From Leucoraja ocellata (Eukaryota): a stretch of DNA of 64,000 nt. The stretch lies in assembly GCA_036785375.1 (NCBI GenBank), contig JAWMAR010000898.1, positions 62,001 to 126,000 of the forward strand. The letters run 5' to 3'. The notes under the pieces are model-generated. The model searched no databases. It was not told the origin of the DNA and saw nothing but the letters and a program-made list of their open reading frames with translations. The position numbers were made by a program, and so were the translations under genes. Numbering within the stretch: position 1 is the first letter of the stretch; the number at the start of each line of letters is the position of its first letter. This document shows positions 38,854 to 51,747 of the stretch, piece after piece.

Positions 38854-39562
38854 CCTGTTTTACTCAACATGAGATGTATTTGTTTATTCCCACTCTTTGC
38901 TTTCTGTCCAATAACCAATTCTCAATCCATCTCAGTACATAGTTTGGAGCGATATGGACCAAGCCTCATATGGACACTAGTCTCACCAACCAGGCCGGTG
39001 AGACTAGTGTAGCCGGTGGGACATGTTGCCCGGTGTGGGCAAGTTGAGCCAAAGGGCCTGTTTCCACACTGCATCACTCTATGATTCTATTATGCACATT
39101 TCAACATGCTCCAACATTGTCAATCAGCTTCCTAGGTGGGACGTTATTGAAGGTGTTCCTTGAATCTAAATGCACACATCCACCAGTATCTCCATATCTA
39201 TTTGACTATTCACATCCTCAAATACAGTAATTCTGTGTTTTTTTTCACTTATGGATGAGTAATCATACAACTCAAGGTTAAGGCCATTGGCAAAAGAACC
39301 AGAGATGAGAATTGTATTTGCACAGTTAACCTGGAATGGTGAGGGGAGCAGATTTAATTGTGACCAACAAAAAGGAGTTGCTTAAAGGGACAAACACTTG
39401 CAGGGTAGTGAACACAAAATCAACTCTTTCAAAGCACAGACACGGGCACAATGGGCCAAAGTTTTTCATCAGCACTGTGAGATCATTTCTGATTTTTATC
39501 TAGGCACTTTTGTTTATAGTTCAACAGAAGTTTTACTTTTGTTTTGTTTCCCTCCCTCCTAG

Positions 39563-39772
39563 ATCCAATGAACGCTTTGCAGAACTTGCAAGGTGGTCCC
39601 ACGGGGAGCTCGAGTGGGATGATGGTCACTCGTCCCCCCGGAGCCCCTTTGCCCGGAATGGCAGGTCTGGGACAGGTGAATCAATCAATATCACATCCTG
39701 GACAGCCTCAGCCGGGTACGTCTGGAATGGTGCCTCATATGCCTGGCTTCCCGCCAAGCACCCAGCAGCAGT
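39563..39772 (+). CDS. MED15: MED15 exon 5, (D)PMNALQNLQGGPTGSSSGMMVTRPPG...GQPQPGTSGMVPHMPGFPPSTQQQ
   Basis: Human DPMNALQSLTGGP...GQPPPGTSGMAPH; ccctcctag acceptor, gtgagt donor; 210 nt, phase 1-1. Confidence 0.94.
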
Positions 39773-42700
39773 GTGAGTAGGATTTGGAGGTTGCAAACTC
39801 CTGAAGTAGACACTTTCAATTTGTTATGCATGGTAGTTTCCTCACTAGACTGTGCCTCCCCCTCAACACCTACCCCATCACATGTTATCCCAATCAGTCA
39901 GTAGCTTAGTTCCGAGAGAATGTATCCCATTGATTTGAATGGTGTCGGGTTGGATAAGAGCATTGGCTTGAAGGGAAGAATGGTGAGAAGGAAGTAACCA
40001 AATCATTCATTTATTTTTGTCCTACAACAAGGTTGATAAATTACGTTGGATAAATTATAGCTCACATTTTACATTTTAGCTCCTTAGTTGAGCCGCCTAT
40101 TTGCTGGACCTGAAGCATCAGTTAATCAGTAACATGCTATTGGGGATGGGGATCAAGTTGGTACTAATAAAGTTGGTACTAATAAATAAGTGGTACATGT
40201 GGTACTAATAAATAAAAATGTCAGCACATGGGTATGTATTATGCATAACACAATGTGCTTATATGAACCTGAGATTACTGTTTAGAATATGTGGAAAATG
40301 TTTCAAAATTCAGTAGGAGTAAATTATAGACCTTCGTCTGGAAATGGCAGGTTCATATTGTTGCCGATCAGATTACTCTGTACCACCACCCTTCTTCAAT
40401 GAATCATCACAAATACAATGTATTGTGGTTGTTGGAACACAGAGTTACTGTACAGAGTTGAGATTGATTACGCTATGCCCAATGCTCAAAGGTGGGAGGA
40501 ACATGAGTGAAATTGGGTGTTTTCCTTCATTGTGCACCTCTGGCACAATGTAGAGGCCAGCTGTGCCTGACTAGTGCTGGAGGAGTTGGCTACTGAGCAC
40601 ATGTGAATGTGTCAACGTGGAGTTGTAGGTAGACTGCGCTTCTTATTCCAGTGACATTATAAAGCCCCAGACAGTAGATTTTACTGTTCATATCACCCCA
40701 CGCCCAATATTAGTTGAAGGTTTTCGGCCCATTTGGAAGCCTTCTTCTAAGCTTTACCCGACGACCCAATGTAGGTATCCTGCAGCAGATTATCAAACAT
40801 TCTGCTCCTCTATTTGAACCTTCCAGGCTTTTGTGGGGGGGGGTTTCAGATTGTTCATGTAGCTTTCAGGGCTATTACGAGGAAATATGAGTTTTTGCAT
40901 TGTACTCATATGGTGTGTAGAGAACACTGAATAAAAATGTGTGGAAAGAATCTTCAATCATGTTCCTCGATGTTTTGGAAAAGTTGATCATTTAGCCCGC
41001 TGTACTTACGCTGAATTTTTGAATGAAATGTCTATTCTTTCTTCATGGTCCTGTCGCTTTGTCTCCAAGTATTTATACAATTCACATATCAAAGTCTGCT
41101 TCTATTTCATGCATTGTAATCCAGATCACAAATATGTGTAATTTTCTACCATCTGCAGTCACTTGTTTTTCCAGAAAAATTCGCACCCAAAATGTCGTCT
41201 GTCCATTTCCCTCAACAGATGCGGTCTGTTCCACTGAGTTCCTTAACAGTTTTTACTTTGCGAAAGATTCCAGCATCTGCAATCTTTTGTACCTCGGTAG
41301 CTTTCTTCTGGTTCTTTTATCTTCTATCAATCATTCATTCTGCCAGTGTTATGTTTTTCTGAAGAAGGGTCTCGATCTGCAATGTCACCCATTCCTTCTC
41401 TCCAGAGATGCTGCCTGTCCCACTGAGTTACTCCAGCATTTTGAATATCTTCGGTTTAAACCAGCATCTGCAGTTCCTTCCTACACATTATGTTTTTTGT
41501 TATTTATGCTAACAAAATGCTTTATGCATTTTAACACCTCTACCAAGTCTTTATGTTTTTCAAAGGGCTTCAGTCTCTCCCATAAACGATTCCCTCATTC
41601 GTATTAACACTGGAGTAAATCTTCTGCTGTACCCTCCCCATGGCCTTGTGTTCTTTGCTAAAGTGTGGCACCTAATTTGAAACATGATATTCCCGCTAAG
41701 GCCCTGACTATTGTTTGCAATGGTTGACATGATTTCCTTGTCTAGGTTGTACTCTTTATTATTTTTCTATCCTTTTGGGCAGTTGCTCAGGGTTGCCTGC
41801 ACACCTGCAGGCTGCTGTAAGAGGGACAAGAGGTGGTTGACGGACTGATTGGCTGGTTGTTTGAAAGGTGATCAGTGCCTTCCTGGGCACTCTTTCATTG
41901 GAGTTGTCAAAGGCCTGGGATTCTCATGAGTTAATGTGAATTATACATTTAGTGAAGAGACTGAAAATATTAGGTGTTTTTCCTGTCCTCTGTGAAATCA
42001 TTTATCGCATCTATGCTTGGAATAAGAGTTCCTGTTTTGCAAGTTTGGTTTTGGGTATGTCAGGGTCAGCTGGAATTGATGTCCGGGGTATTGTATTGTA
42101 TTGATCAGCCATCCTCCCAATGTATTGAACAGTTTTGCAGCAACATCATTGGTGATAGTTCAAAGCTTTAAAGTGTTTGCTATAGGCAGTCTGACTCTCA
42201 AGCATCACTTTTGCCTGAGAGCTGCCTGACCCTCAGATGGTCAAAGGTTGTCCTGACATATTTGTGGTGCTCATGAATTTCATCATCCATTGCTTTGGGA
42301 GCCATCTCTCAGCAATGGATGATGCAATTCATGGTGATCTCACCCATCTTCACCCCCACATGTTGTAACACATCATCCGAGTTGACATTCTGATCTATTT
42401 TCCATTTATATGCTCAACTAAGGTAGGTTTCTAATAATTGGTTGTCTCTTCTCCTTACCTCTCTTTACTTAACTAATTAAAAGTAATCCACACTGCTCTA
42501 GTAAGGCTTATGTATTCTATAAGCTTGGAGTGAAATCCTAAATTTACAACAAATGTTAGACAGAAATTAAATGCATGATCTTTGGGCCAAACAGCCAAAG
42601 GTCCTCGGTGATGCCATTAATCATAACCGCCTTCAAGGAAGGATAAAGTCTAATGTTGATCATTGCAGAGGTGACTCCCTGCTGACACCCATGCAAGCAT

Positions 42701-44269
42701 TGGCACATAGGTCCACCTCAACCGTCTCTTCCCAGCTGCCAGGGCTACATTCAGCCCATCACAAGTCACAGTGGACATGATCTTCACATTGCGATAACAC
42801 AAAATAAATGCAGTGAAGAGCAACAACGAATTTACAAGGTTTTTTATCCCCTCAAGAGTTTTCAATTCTATCAACTGTATCTGTGACAGACAAATCAATC
42901 GCCAGTGAAAGATGGGGCAAGCCAGGCTGTCTCTTTATATTAATACGCAATTTATTGTCACATGTACCTAGGTACAGTAAAATGTTTTGTTTTGTATACA
43001 ACCCGCTGAAATCAACCTGCAGACCTCACCTATGTCCACAAAGCATCGCCACTTTTCCGACAAAGTCACAATAAGTTCATCGAACAGTCTTATCTTAATT
43101 CTTCCTGATTTCCCCTCAAAATGTTGCACCTTACCTCTGAACAGCTTAACAGACAGACAGTTCAAGCTTTGGGAGTCTATTCCAGAACAAAGCTCATCTA
43201 ATACAACGGTTGCAGACAACACTCTCCAATCAATGACTCATTCATGTGAAGATGATCTTACACCAAAAATCCAGAAGACCAAGACACTCTACCCACTCGC
43301 CCCTATTGTACAGCACTGCTATCTAAAGGTCCATAACAAGACCTTGGGGAAAATGTGGACTATATCATGATGAATTTCAAAGATTTGTGCATGTATATCC
43401 ACAGCGCTCTCTTCCACTTCATTTAAAAGAGATACATTATTTTCCTATTGCCTTTCCTCAGTCTTCCTGTTCAAATGCATTGCCTCACACTTCTGTGCAT
43501 CACGATTGTCAACCATGTGTCTGCCATGTTACCCTCTCTGCCTTTCCTTGTTGTTAACTGTAATCGGAGTTTGTTTATTTGTCATGTAGTGTGGCAGCCA
43601 TTTGTTATCCATTCCCAACTTTTCCCTTGGTTGTTCCAAATGACGCAGTTGGTGACTGCATTGATGAGTCTGGAATCACATTAAACTGGATAAGGATAAT
43701 AGATTCTTTTCCTTAAAGGGCAGATGTTAGCCAGATGTTTTACCTGCTCCAGAACTTGCATTTATTGAGACTACATGAATTTCAAATCCCTTGTTACCAT
43801 GTATCAGAAAGAACTGCAGATGCTGTTTTAAATCGAAGGTAGACACAAAATGCTGGAGTGTGAAGGATCTCGACCCAAAACGTCACCCATTTCTTCTTTC
43901 CAGAGATGCTGCCTGACCCGCTGAGTTACTCCAGCATTTAGTGTCTTGTCACCGTGTTGGGATGAAACCTGTGCCTCGAAATATAATCCAGGTCTTTGGA
44001 GTTTTCAAGGTCATGTCCTCTGCACTCATAGAAATGACAGTCATTAAATTGTACAGTATGGAATCTGGTCATTCGGCGTAGCAAGTCCACGCCGGCCTGT
44101 CGTTTTAACCCTATAGTCCAGCATCTAGTTCCCAGTCCTCTGTGCTTGTGATTCAAATACTTATCTAGACAGTTCAAGAATGTATTGTATTGTATTTATT
44201 AGTTGTATATATGCATTTATTGCACTGTAATTAATTTATTAGCCCAGTATTTAAAAACATACAATGAAT

Positions 44270-44635
44270 TTGATTTGCCATAGTCACACCAATAAAGTAG
44301 CAAGACACAGAACTACATAAAAATTAACATAAACATCCACCACAGTGCACTGTGATGGAAGGCAATAACGTATTATCTTGTTCCCTTCTTTTCTCCCGTG
44401 GTCGGGCAGTTGAACCATCCGCAGTCGGGGTAATCGATGGATGGAGATACGATACGGAAAACTTCGCATCTCTGTCGAGGAAAGAGATTTTAAATGTTTC
44501 CCCCAACTCCCACGTAATAAAAAACAAAAGATACACTAAAACATACATTTAACAACAGACTAAAAACAACAAAAGAAGAAAAGGACGAGACATACTGTTG
44601 GCGAGGCTGCCATAATACTGCGCCACTCTGTGGCC
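44270..44635 (-). mobile_element. Unclassified SINE-like element related to 25310-25725
   Basis: Reverse complement has gtggcgcagtattatggc..., an AT-rich block and gggggaaacatttaaaatctctttcc. Confidence 0.5.
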
Positions 44636-47099
44636 CAGCTTCAACCCCAGTCCAGGCACTCGCCACTCTCTGGGTGATAAAGGTCACCTTGTATCATTCA
44701 AAGTCAATGGGACAGCTCCCTTTGCTGCCCTGCTGCTGTGCTAGGCTGTGTACTCAGTGTGGCCTTGATGCAGTCACTGCTGGGAACCCAGGTGAACCCA
44801 GTTCCTAGCATCGCAGTGCAGGTTCAGAGCTGTATCAGCTCCGGGTGGCAGGGGATTTTGGCACCAGTGGGGGCAGGGGGGATTTTGCAAAAATTAAAAA
44901 CATTCAACAGTCCTTGAGGTTTTTTTAAAGATCTATAAAACATTAGCACACTAAAAATCAGCTCAGTAAATAATACTAACTTAAATAATAAATGCTTACC
45001 TTATTCCAAGCAGTCAATTGTTCCCATCCCCAGCCCAGGAGCTGTGAAGTCACACAGATGATGATGCTCCACTAGACCCATCTGAGCAGCTCGGGAGCAC
45101 CCGCAGTCGATGATGGCAGAGTGACTGAGGCCAATGCCGTCGCTGGAAAAAGGGAATTGCACAGGATTGTTGGATGACTTCCAGAACATGCGTTGCATGA
45201 GATGGGAGATCTGTCCCGTTCATTGATGTCAAGTGCAGGAGAGACCAACTTCCATAGTTCACTTTTTGCTTTCAGTTCCAAAACCAGTTTGTATCTGTGT
45301 AGCTTGACACTTTGGGGTGATTGAAGGAGGTGGATTGAAGAGACTGGAAGCATTAGTGGCATGGGTATTGGAGGAGGGGGAGCTGTTTCCAGGGATGGTT
45401 GGGGAAGAGGGTGGGGTCAATGAGGGGGATTCCCTCCTCAGATGCTACCTCTAGCATTTTGTATTTTACTTATTTAGAATGGTTTTTGGAAGCAGCCAAT
45501 AGCGTGGGAATGTGATTAAAATAAAGGACCTCAGATTGTACATTGAAGGAACTTAATGATTGGAGAGGTCATTTTTTTGTCAGAGGCTGTTTTGCACCAA
45601 GAATGGATTGTGAAAGCGGAGAAGGAATGAGTACACAGAGAAGGTGCTGCCAATGAAAATTGTCTGCCGTTGGTGATTGAAGGAGGTGCAATCTATAAGT
45701 TGGTTTCAGAAATTGGAGCAATAAGAGCATATGGGTTAGAAACCAGATATAATAATAATAAGAGGTTGGGGTGAAAAGATATTCAAGAAGAGCATGAGGA
45801 ACTGAGGTTAGATAAGAGGAAAAAGTAGCAGCGGGTCATGTTGTTCGGATGCTGAGGCAAGAGAAAATCTATAATGAAGAAATGGTTACAGCCTGGATCT
45901 AGAGGTTAATGCTTTATTCATAAGAATAAATAGGCAATACAAATGTACTGCTTGCACAAGTAAGGCACTCTTTTTGTAGCTTGAACTGATAAGTAACAGG
46001 TTACATCATTCTCTAAACCTGCCAGACAATAACTCCCTCAAACCAGAAAGGATGTGGAGAGGATGTTTCCACTATTGGGACAGTCTAGGATCTTAGGTCA
46101 TAGCCTCAGAATAAAAGGATGTGCCTTTAGGAAGGAGATGAGGATGAATTTCTTTAGTCAAGGGGTGGTGAATTTGTGGAATTCATTGCCACAGACGGCT
46201 GTGGGGGCCAAGTCAATGGATATTTTTAAGGCAGTGATTGATGGATTCTTTATTCATAATTCTTTTTTAATGAGACTAATGGAAGAAAAATATCGTCATG
46301 ATGTAATTCATGTGCTCCCTTGCAATAGTATTCATTTACAAATGGGGTTTAATGGTTGGATCACTACTGCGTCTGAGGGGTAATGTGTGTAGGAAGGAAC
46401 TGCAGATGCTGGCTTACTCCGAAGATAGACACAAAATGCTGGGGTAACACAATGGGTCAGGCAGCATCTCTGTTCCTTGTTTGTTATTTGTACCTTTTCA
46501 TACCTCTATTTTCCCTACCCCTGACTCTCAATCTGAAGAAGGATCTTGACCTGAAACATCACCTCTTCATTTTCTCCGGAGATGCTGTCTGACCCGCTGA
46601 GTTACTACAGCATTTTGTGTCTATCTAAAGGGTAATGTATTGTGAGCCCACAATTCCACATTCCACAGTAACTTCTGTATCACTGCTGTTCTAGGATTTT
46701 TTATGGTGCAGATGAGGTCTTAAGATTGGGGTAATAATTTTTATAATTTATTTGGTGAACCACATTGATTACCAATTGCTTCTCAGGGGTTTTCAGCAGA
46801 ATGGCTTGCTGTCACTTGAAATAAAAATTAAATTGTACATAGGCCTGGAAGGTAACCTGTGATCATGTTGAGTGCTGTGTGCGTGGCACTGTGCTCTTTT
46901 GAAGCTATTAAGCTCAACTGAAATTTGTGCCTTATAGGATTCCTAACTTTTGATTGATCTGTACAAACTGTTCCTTCCTGTGAGTAACGTGAGGCACACT
47001 TTGCCTCGTTGAAGCAGTGGCCAGATCCTGAGTCAGTCTTGCACTTTGAACAAGAGGAACAAAGTTAGTGATGTTCTCGTTTACAATCCAATCCCCCAG

Positions 47100-47293
47100 C
47101 CCAGTTACAGATGCAGCAGATTGCTCAGCAGCAGCAGCAGCAACAGCAACAGCAGCAACAGTTCCAGGCGCAACAGGCTGTGCAACAACAGCAACAACAA
47201 CAGCAGCAGCAGCAACAGCAGCAGCAGCAACAGCAACAACAGTTCCAGGCACAGCAGCAGATAATGAAACTGCAGTTGCAGCAGCAACAACAG
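47100..47293 (+). CDS. MED15: MED15 exon 6, polyQ exon: (S)QLQMQQIA Q12 FQAQQAV Q20 FQAQQQIMKLQL Q5
   Basis: Equivalent to human TQLQLQQVAL-polyQ-FQAQQ-...IKL; atcccccag acceptor, gtactt donor; 194 nt, phase 1-0. Confidence 0.92.
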
Positions 47294-47854
47294 GTACTTC
47301 CCTGTCCATAACCCAGTTTACAGCACATGGCCATCCATGCCATGATGCTTCCAAATGCTCATCAGAATCATGAAATATTGCATGTGTAACTTCAAACACC
47401 CTATGGCTAAAAGGAATTCTCTTTGAGTCTCCTCCCGATCTACTGCCCATACCATTGCGTTGAATATAGTTTTAAAGCATTATAGTTACTGCTGTAGAGA
47501 AAGGGCAAATTTAAAAAAGTGCAGTTTGTGAGATTAGGTTTTGAGAGGACCATTCAGTGGTCTGATAACGGTGGAGAAGGAGCTGTTACTGAATCTGGTG
47601 GTACTTGTTCAAGCTTTGGTATCTTCACCTGACGGGAAGGGGTGCAGAGGGAATGACTGGGGTGGAAATGGTTCTTGATTATGTTGGCTGCTTTCCCTGG
47701 GCCACCCAAAATGTAGATGGAGCCCATGGGGGAGAGACTGGTTTATGTAAAGAACTGGGATTCATTCACAACACTTTGCAATTTCTTGTAGTCTTGGGCA
47801 GAGCTGTTGCTAAACAATGGAATGATGCATCCCAATAGGATGCTTTCTGTGTTA

Positions 47855-48580
47855 GAAACATAGAAATTAGGTGCAGGAGTAGGCCATTCGGCCCTTCGAG
47901 CCTGCACCGCCATTCAATATGATCATGGCTGATCATCCAACTCAGTATCCCGTACCTGCCTTCTCTCCATACCCTCTGATCCCCTTAGCCACATCTAACT
48001 CCCTCTTAAATATAGCCAATGAACTGGCCTCAGCTACCCTCTGTGGCAGAGAGTTCCAGAGATTCACCACTCTCTGTGTGAAAAAAGTTTTTCTCATCTC
48101 GTGTTGCATCTATAGACGTTGGTAAGAGTCGTATGAGACATGCTGAACCTCTCTGGTTGTCTGAGGAAATAGAGACATGGTGTGTCTTCTTGGCTTGTAC
48201 TCCCTGGAGTTTAGTAGGATAAGGGGTGATCTCATCGAAACCGACCGACTAATAAAATACCTAGATAGAGTGGATATGGAGAGGATATTTCCGGTAGTGG
48301 AAGTGTCTAGGTGCAGCCTCAGAATAAAAGGATGTATCTTTAAAATGGGGCAAAGGAGAAAATTCTCTAGCCATAGAACGGTGAACCTGTGGAATTCATT
48401 GCCACAGACGCAGGTGGAGTCCAACTCATTGGGTAGTTTAAGATGGAGTTTAAGGTTCCTAAATAGTAAGGGTGTCAAAGGTTACGGGCAGGGGTCAGGA
48501 GAATGAGGGTGAGAATGAAAAATAGATCAGAGCAGACCCGATGGACAAAATGGCCTAATTCTGCTCCACCGTCTTCTGGT
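47855..48580. mobile_element. CR1 3' ends: minus copy 47855-48100 and plus copy 48185-48580
   Basis: Minus copy carries the canonical tail (aggccattcggcccttcgagcc); plus copy encodes LGLYSLEFSRIRGDLIET...VNLWNSLPQ. Confidence 0.8.
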
Positions 48581-48879
48581 CTTATGGCCGTAGCTTCAGT
48601 GTCAAGAGTCAAAAGTGTTGTCGTATGTCCCAGATAGAGCAATGAAATTCTTACTGCTACTGCAGCAGCACAATAGAATGTAAGCATAGTACACTGTAAA
48701 CAATATAATAAACAAGAGAAAAAATGTGTTCGTTCCAGGACAAATTGTTGGTGATGTTTACACCTAGGAACTTGAAACTCTCGACCATCACCACTTAGGC
48801 ACCATTGATGCTTGTACAATACTTTGTTTCCAGAAGTCAACAACTGGCTACTTTGTCTTGCTGACATTGAGGGGGAGGT

Positions 48880-49071
48880 TTAAGAAGGAACTGCAGATGC
48901 TGGAAAATCGAAGGTACACAAAAATGCTGGAGAAACTCATCTATGGAGCGAAGGAAATAGGCAACGTTTCGGGCCGAAACCCAAGGGTTTCGGCCCGAAA
49001 CGTTGCCTATTTCCTTCGCTCCATAGATGTTGTTGCACCCGCTGAGTTTCTCCAGCATTTTTGTGTACCTT
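48880..49071. repeat. Young palindromic (inverted-pair) Penelope-terminal element
   Basis: Perfect 45-bp inverted repeat 48938-48982 / 48985-49029 with a 2-nt loop; outer arms 48911-48939 / 49043-49071. Confidence 0.92.
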
Positions 49072-49492
49072 TGAGAGAGAGGTTGTTGACTTGACACCAT
49101 GTTACTGGGCTCTCTATCTCCTTGTTGTACTCCATCTTGTCATTGGTCAAAATCTGGCCCACTACGATGGTGTTATCTGTAAACTATTTCATAGAGTTAG
49201 GGCAGCATTTGGCTGCATATTTATGAGTAAACACAGAGTATAGTAAGGAGCTGATGGGGGTGCTACAGTTAATTCACAGCTTTCATCTCCACCAGTGGTG
49301 AGCAAGGCCTGGTAGTGATGGGAACAGGACTATCATTATATGGCATTGGATCTGGCACTGGTGGGTATAATCATGTCGCCATGGCATTTGGAACCGATCT
49401 GGTGGATGCTGCACTGGCAATAATGAAGTAGGGTTGGTGTGAGGAATTTCTTGAGCTCATGTCACAGTGTAAAATCCTCTTTGTTCACACAG

Positions 49493-49708
49493 AGATTGAT
49501 GCAACAACAGCTCCAGCAGCATCAACATATCCAGCTCCAGCAGCTCCAGCAGTTGCAGTCTCAGTCTCAACCCCAGTCACAAATGGCACCACAATCCCAA
49601 CCACAGCCCATGGTTGCACAGGTACCTGGCCAGGCGGGCCAGGTTTCCATGTCTTCATCCTTGACGCAGCAGCAGCTACCACCGATCAAGCTTCAGGCCC
49701 AACAACAG
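49493..49708 (+). CDS. MED15: MED15 exon 7, RLMQQQLQQHQHIQLQQLQQLQSQSQPQSQMAPQSQPQPMVAQVPGQ...PPIKLQAQQQ
   Basis: Q/P-rich like human exon 7 (PPQSQTQPLVSQ...PPLKF); ttcacacag acceptor, gtagtc donor; 216 nt, phase 0-0. Confidence 0.85.
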
Positions 49709-51020
49709 GTAGTCATCCTTGTGTTATTAACTGGGTATCATCGTGCTGTGGACTGTGACGTTGGCATCAGGTACTGAGCTACGGGGTAGCCCTGGAGTGG
49801 AATAACTGGCATCTCTTACCTCAGTGGTGATGCAGAAAGATTTTCATTTAGTGTCAGAAGATCAGCTGTTCTGATGTACAGTTCAGGTGGAGCTTTCTTG
49901 TGTGTTAGTCTCAGCTTTACCTATGGAGTGAAAAATCCTGGGATATTACAGAACAGGAGGTCATTGGTCTACTGTATCTGTTCCTGCCCTTGAAAGCTCC
50001 CTCCAAATAGCTCTCTTATGCTTCCAATCTTTCCTTTTTATTTATTTTTTTAAATCTACTTTTTTGAAACCTTTTTCTGAATCTGATTCCACCACCCTTT
50101 CAAAAGATTAATGTCAGATCACAGCAGGTCTCTAAAATATTTATCTTGTTCTTCAAGAAATTGCAGATTCATTTCCCCTACCACTATAAACAGTTTAATC
50201 CATTTACCAAAGCCTGTTAACCCCAGTAATGTAGATGTGTTCTGTTGCAATGGCCTTTGCCCTTTTCTGTTGTAAAGTGAACAATCTTGGGTTATCTACT
50301 TAAAGCCCTACTCAAATATGCTGCATTAACTTAGTATAAAAGATACTTAAGGCATATATAATGAGTGTCAGGAAGTAGCTGATGATTTTATTTTGAGCCG
50401 AAGAGTGTGATCTCGACTCTTACATTTGAAGCCAACATAACCGATCATGGCCGCTGAGGCCCTGCATATTGCCAGAGGATCCTGCCGCTGTGAATAGCCC
50501 TGCCCATTGAATTGGCTTCATCGAGCCTCAATGTTTCAATAGCTTGTGCCATAATTGATGCAAATATGGTATTCAACATGCAATATGATCTCACCACAAA
50601 GTTATTCCAGAACATGCATATTTCAATCTTAATTTAATTTCTGTTCCTTGATTAGCTGGATTTAACTGGGAAATTCACAGCAGCGGAATTAACATTTCAA
50701 CGTTGTCAATGATCTTGGAATTAAGCAATGCTTAAGGGGTTTACACAAGGAACTGGAGATGCTGGAATCTGAAGAAGGGTCCCGACCCAAAACGTAACCT
50801 ATCCATATCCTCCTGAGATGCTGTGTGACCTCCTGAGTTACTCCAGCACTTTATATTTTGCATAAGAGCTATCTGGTCCATTGTTCTTGTGTCCTGGCTC
50901 GTAGGAGAAATTCTATTCTGCTGCCTTCCCTCATCAGACCTGTAACTGTATTTGGTACCCTTTTGGAAGGTTTTATGGGATCTGACTATTTAGATTACAT
51001 TTTGTCAAGTAAAAAGGCTA

Positions 51021-51283
51021 TGCCTCTGTCCCACTTAAGAAACCTGTATGGAAACCTCTGGAGACTTTGTGCCCCACCCAAGGTTTCCGTGCGGTTCCCG
51101 GAGGTATTTGTCAGTCTCCCTAATGGTCTAAAGTGGTGTCCGCATCTTCTATAGAGCATAGAAGAAACCACTTTCCACCATTAGGGCGACTGACAAAAAC
51201 CTCTGGGAACCGCACGGAAACCTTGGGTGGGGCACAAAGTCTCCAGAGGTTTCCGTACAGGTTTCCTAAGTGGGACAGGGGCT
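51021..51283. mobile_element. Fold-back MITE (Harbinger-like ends) with inverted arms of about 105 bp
   Basis: GCCTCTGTCCCACTT...ctaatggt / accattag...AAGTGGGACAGGGGC; the ORF track gives the same peptide (NLYGNLWRLCAPPKVSVRFPEVFVS) on both strands. Confidence 0.88.
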
Positions 51284-51747
51284 TTAGTATCATCTTGTAT
51301 CTAGTTTTTACCATAAATCGTGTTTTTATGAATTTATTACGACACAACAAGGGCTTTAGCTGGTCGTGCCTAAACATTCCCCCAATAGAGCAATCCCATC
51401 TGTCCCATTCACCACCTATCACTTCTTTGTAGTCTTGTAACTCAATCTCTCATGGGCATGTCAACTCCCCATTGATTCTTTACTTATTATCCAGCATTAA
51501 AGACAATTTGTAGCGGGCAATTAACCCACCATCACATTTTGGGACGTGGAAGGAAACTGGAGCACCTGGCAAGCTTCCTCTGGTTAAATGATCCTTCTTG
51601 GTGTTACTTCCTCCTGTACATTGATTCTGCACTGATTGACAGTTTAATTCTGAAAATGTTTCAAAGAACAGAAGTACATCAGTGGAAATGAGCAAAACTT
51701 CAGTACAAATCCAATTAATTGGCACATCTTTTATGCTTTTGTTTCAG

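Noticed and set aside
42570-43370. Possible RTE-type LINE remnant and a 127-aa ORF
   Set aside because: Only faint motif similarity (NYRGISLL-like, FADD-like); too decayed to call with confidence.
46932-47450. PolyA, polyL, polyC and polyS ORFs overlapping the CAG/CAA tract
   Set aside because: Alternative frames and strands of the MED15 polyQ exon.
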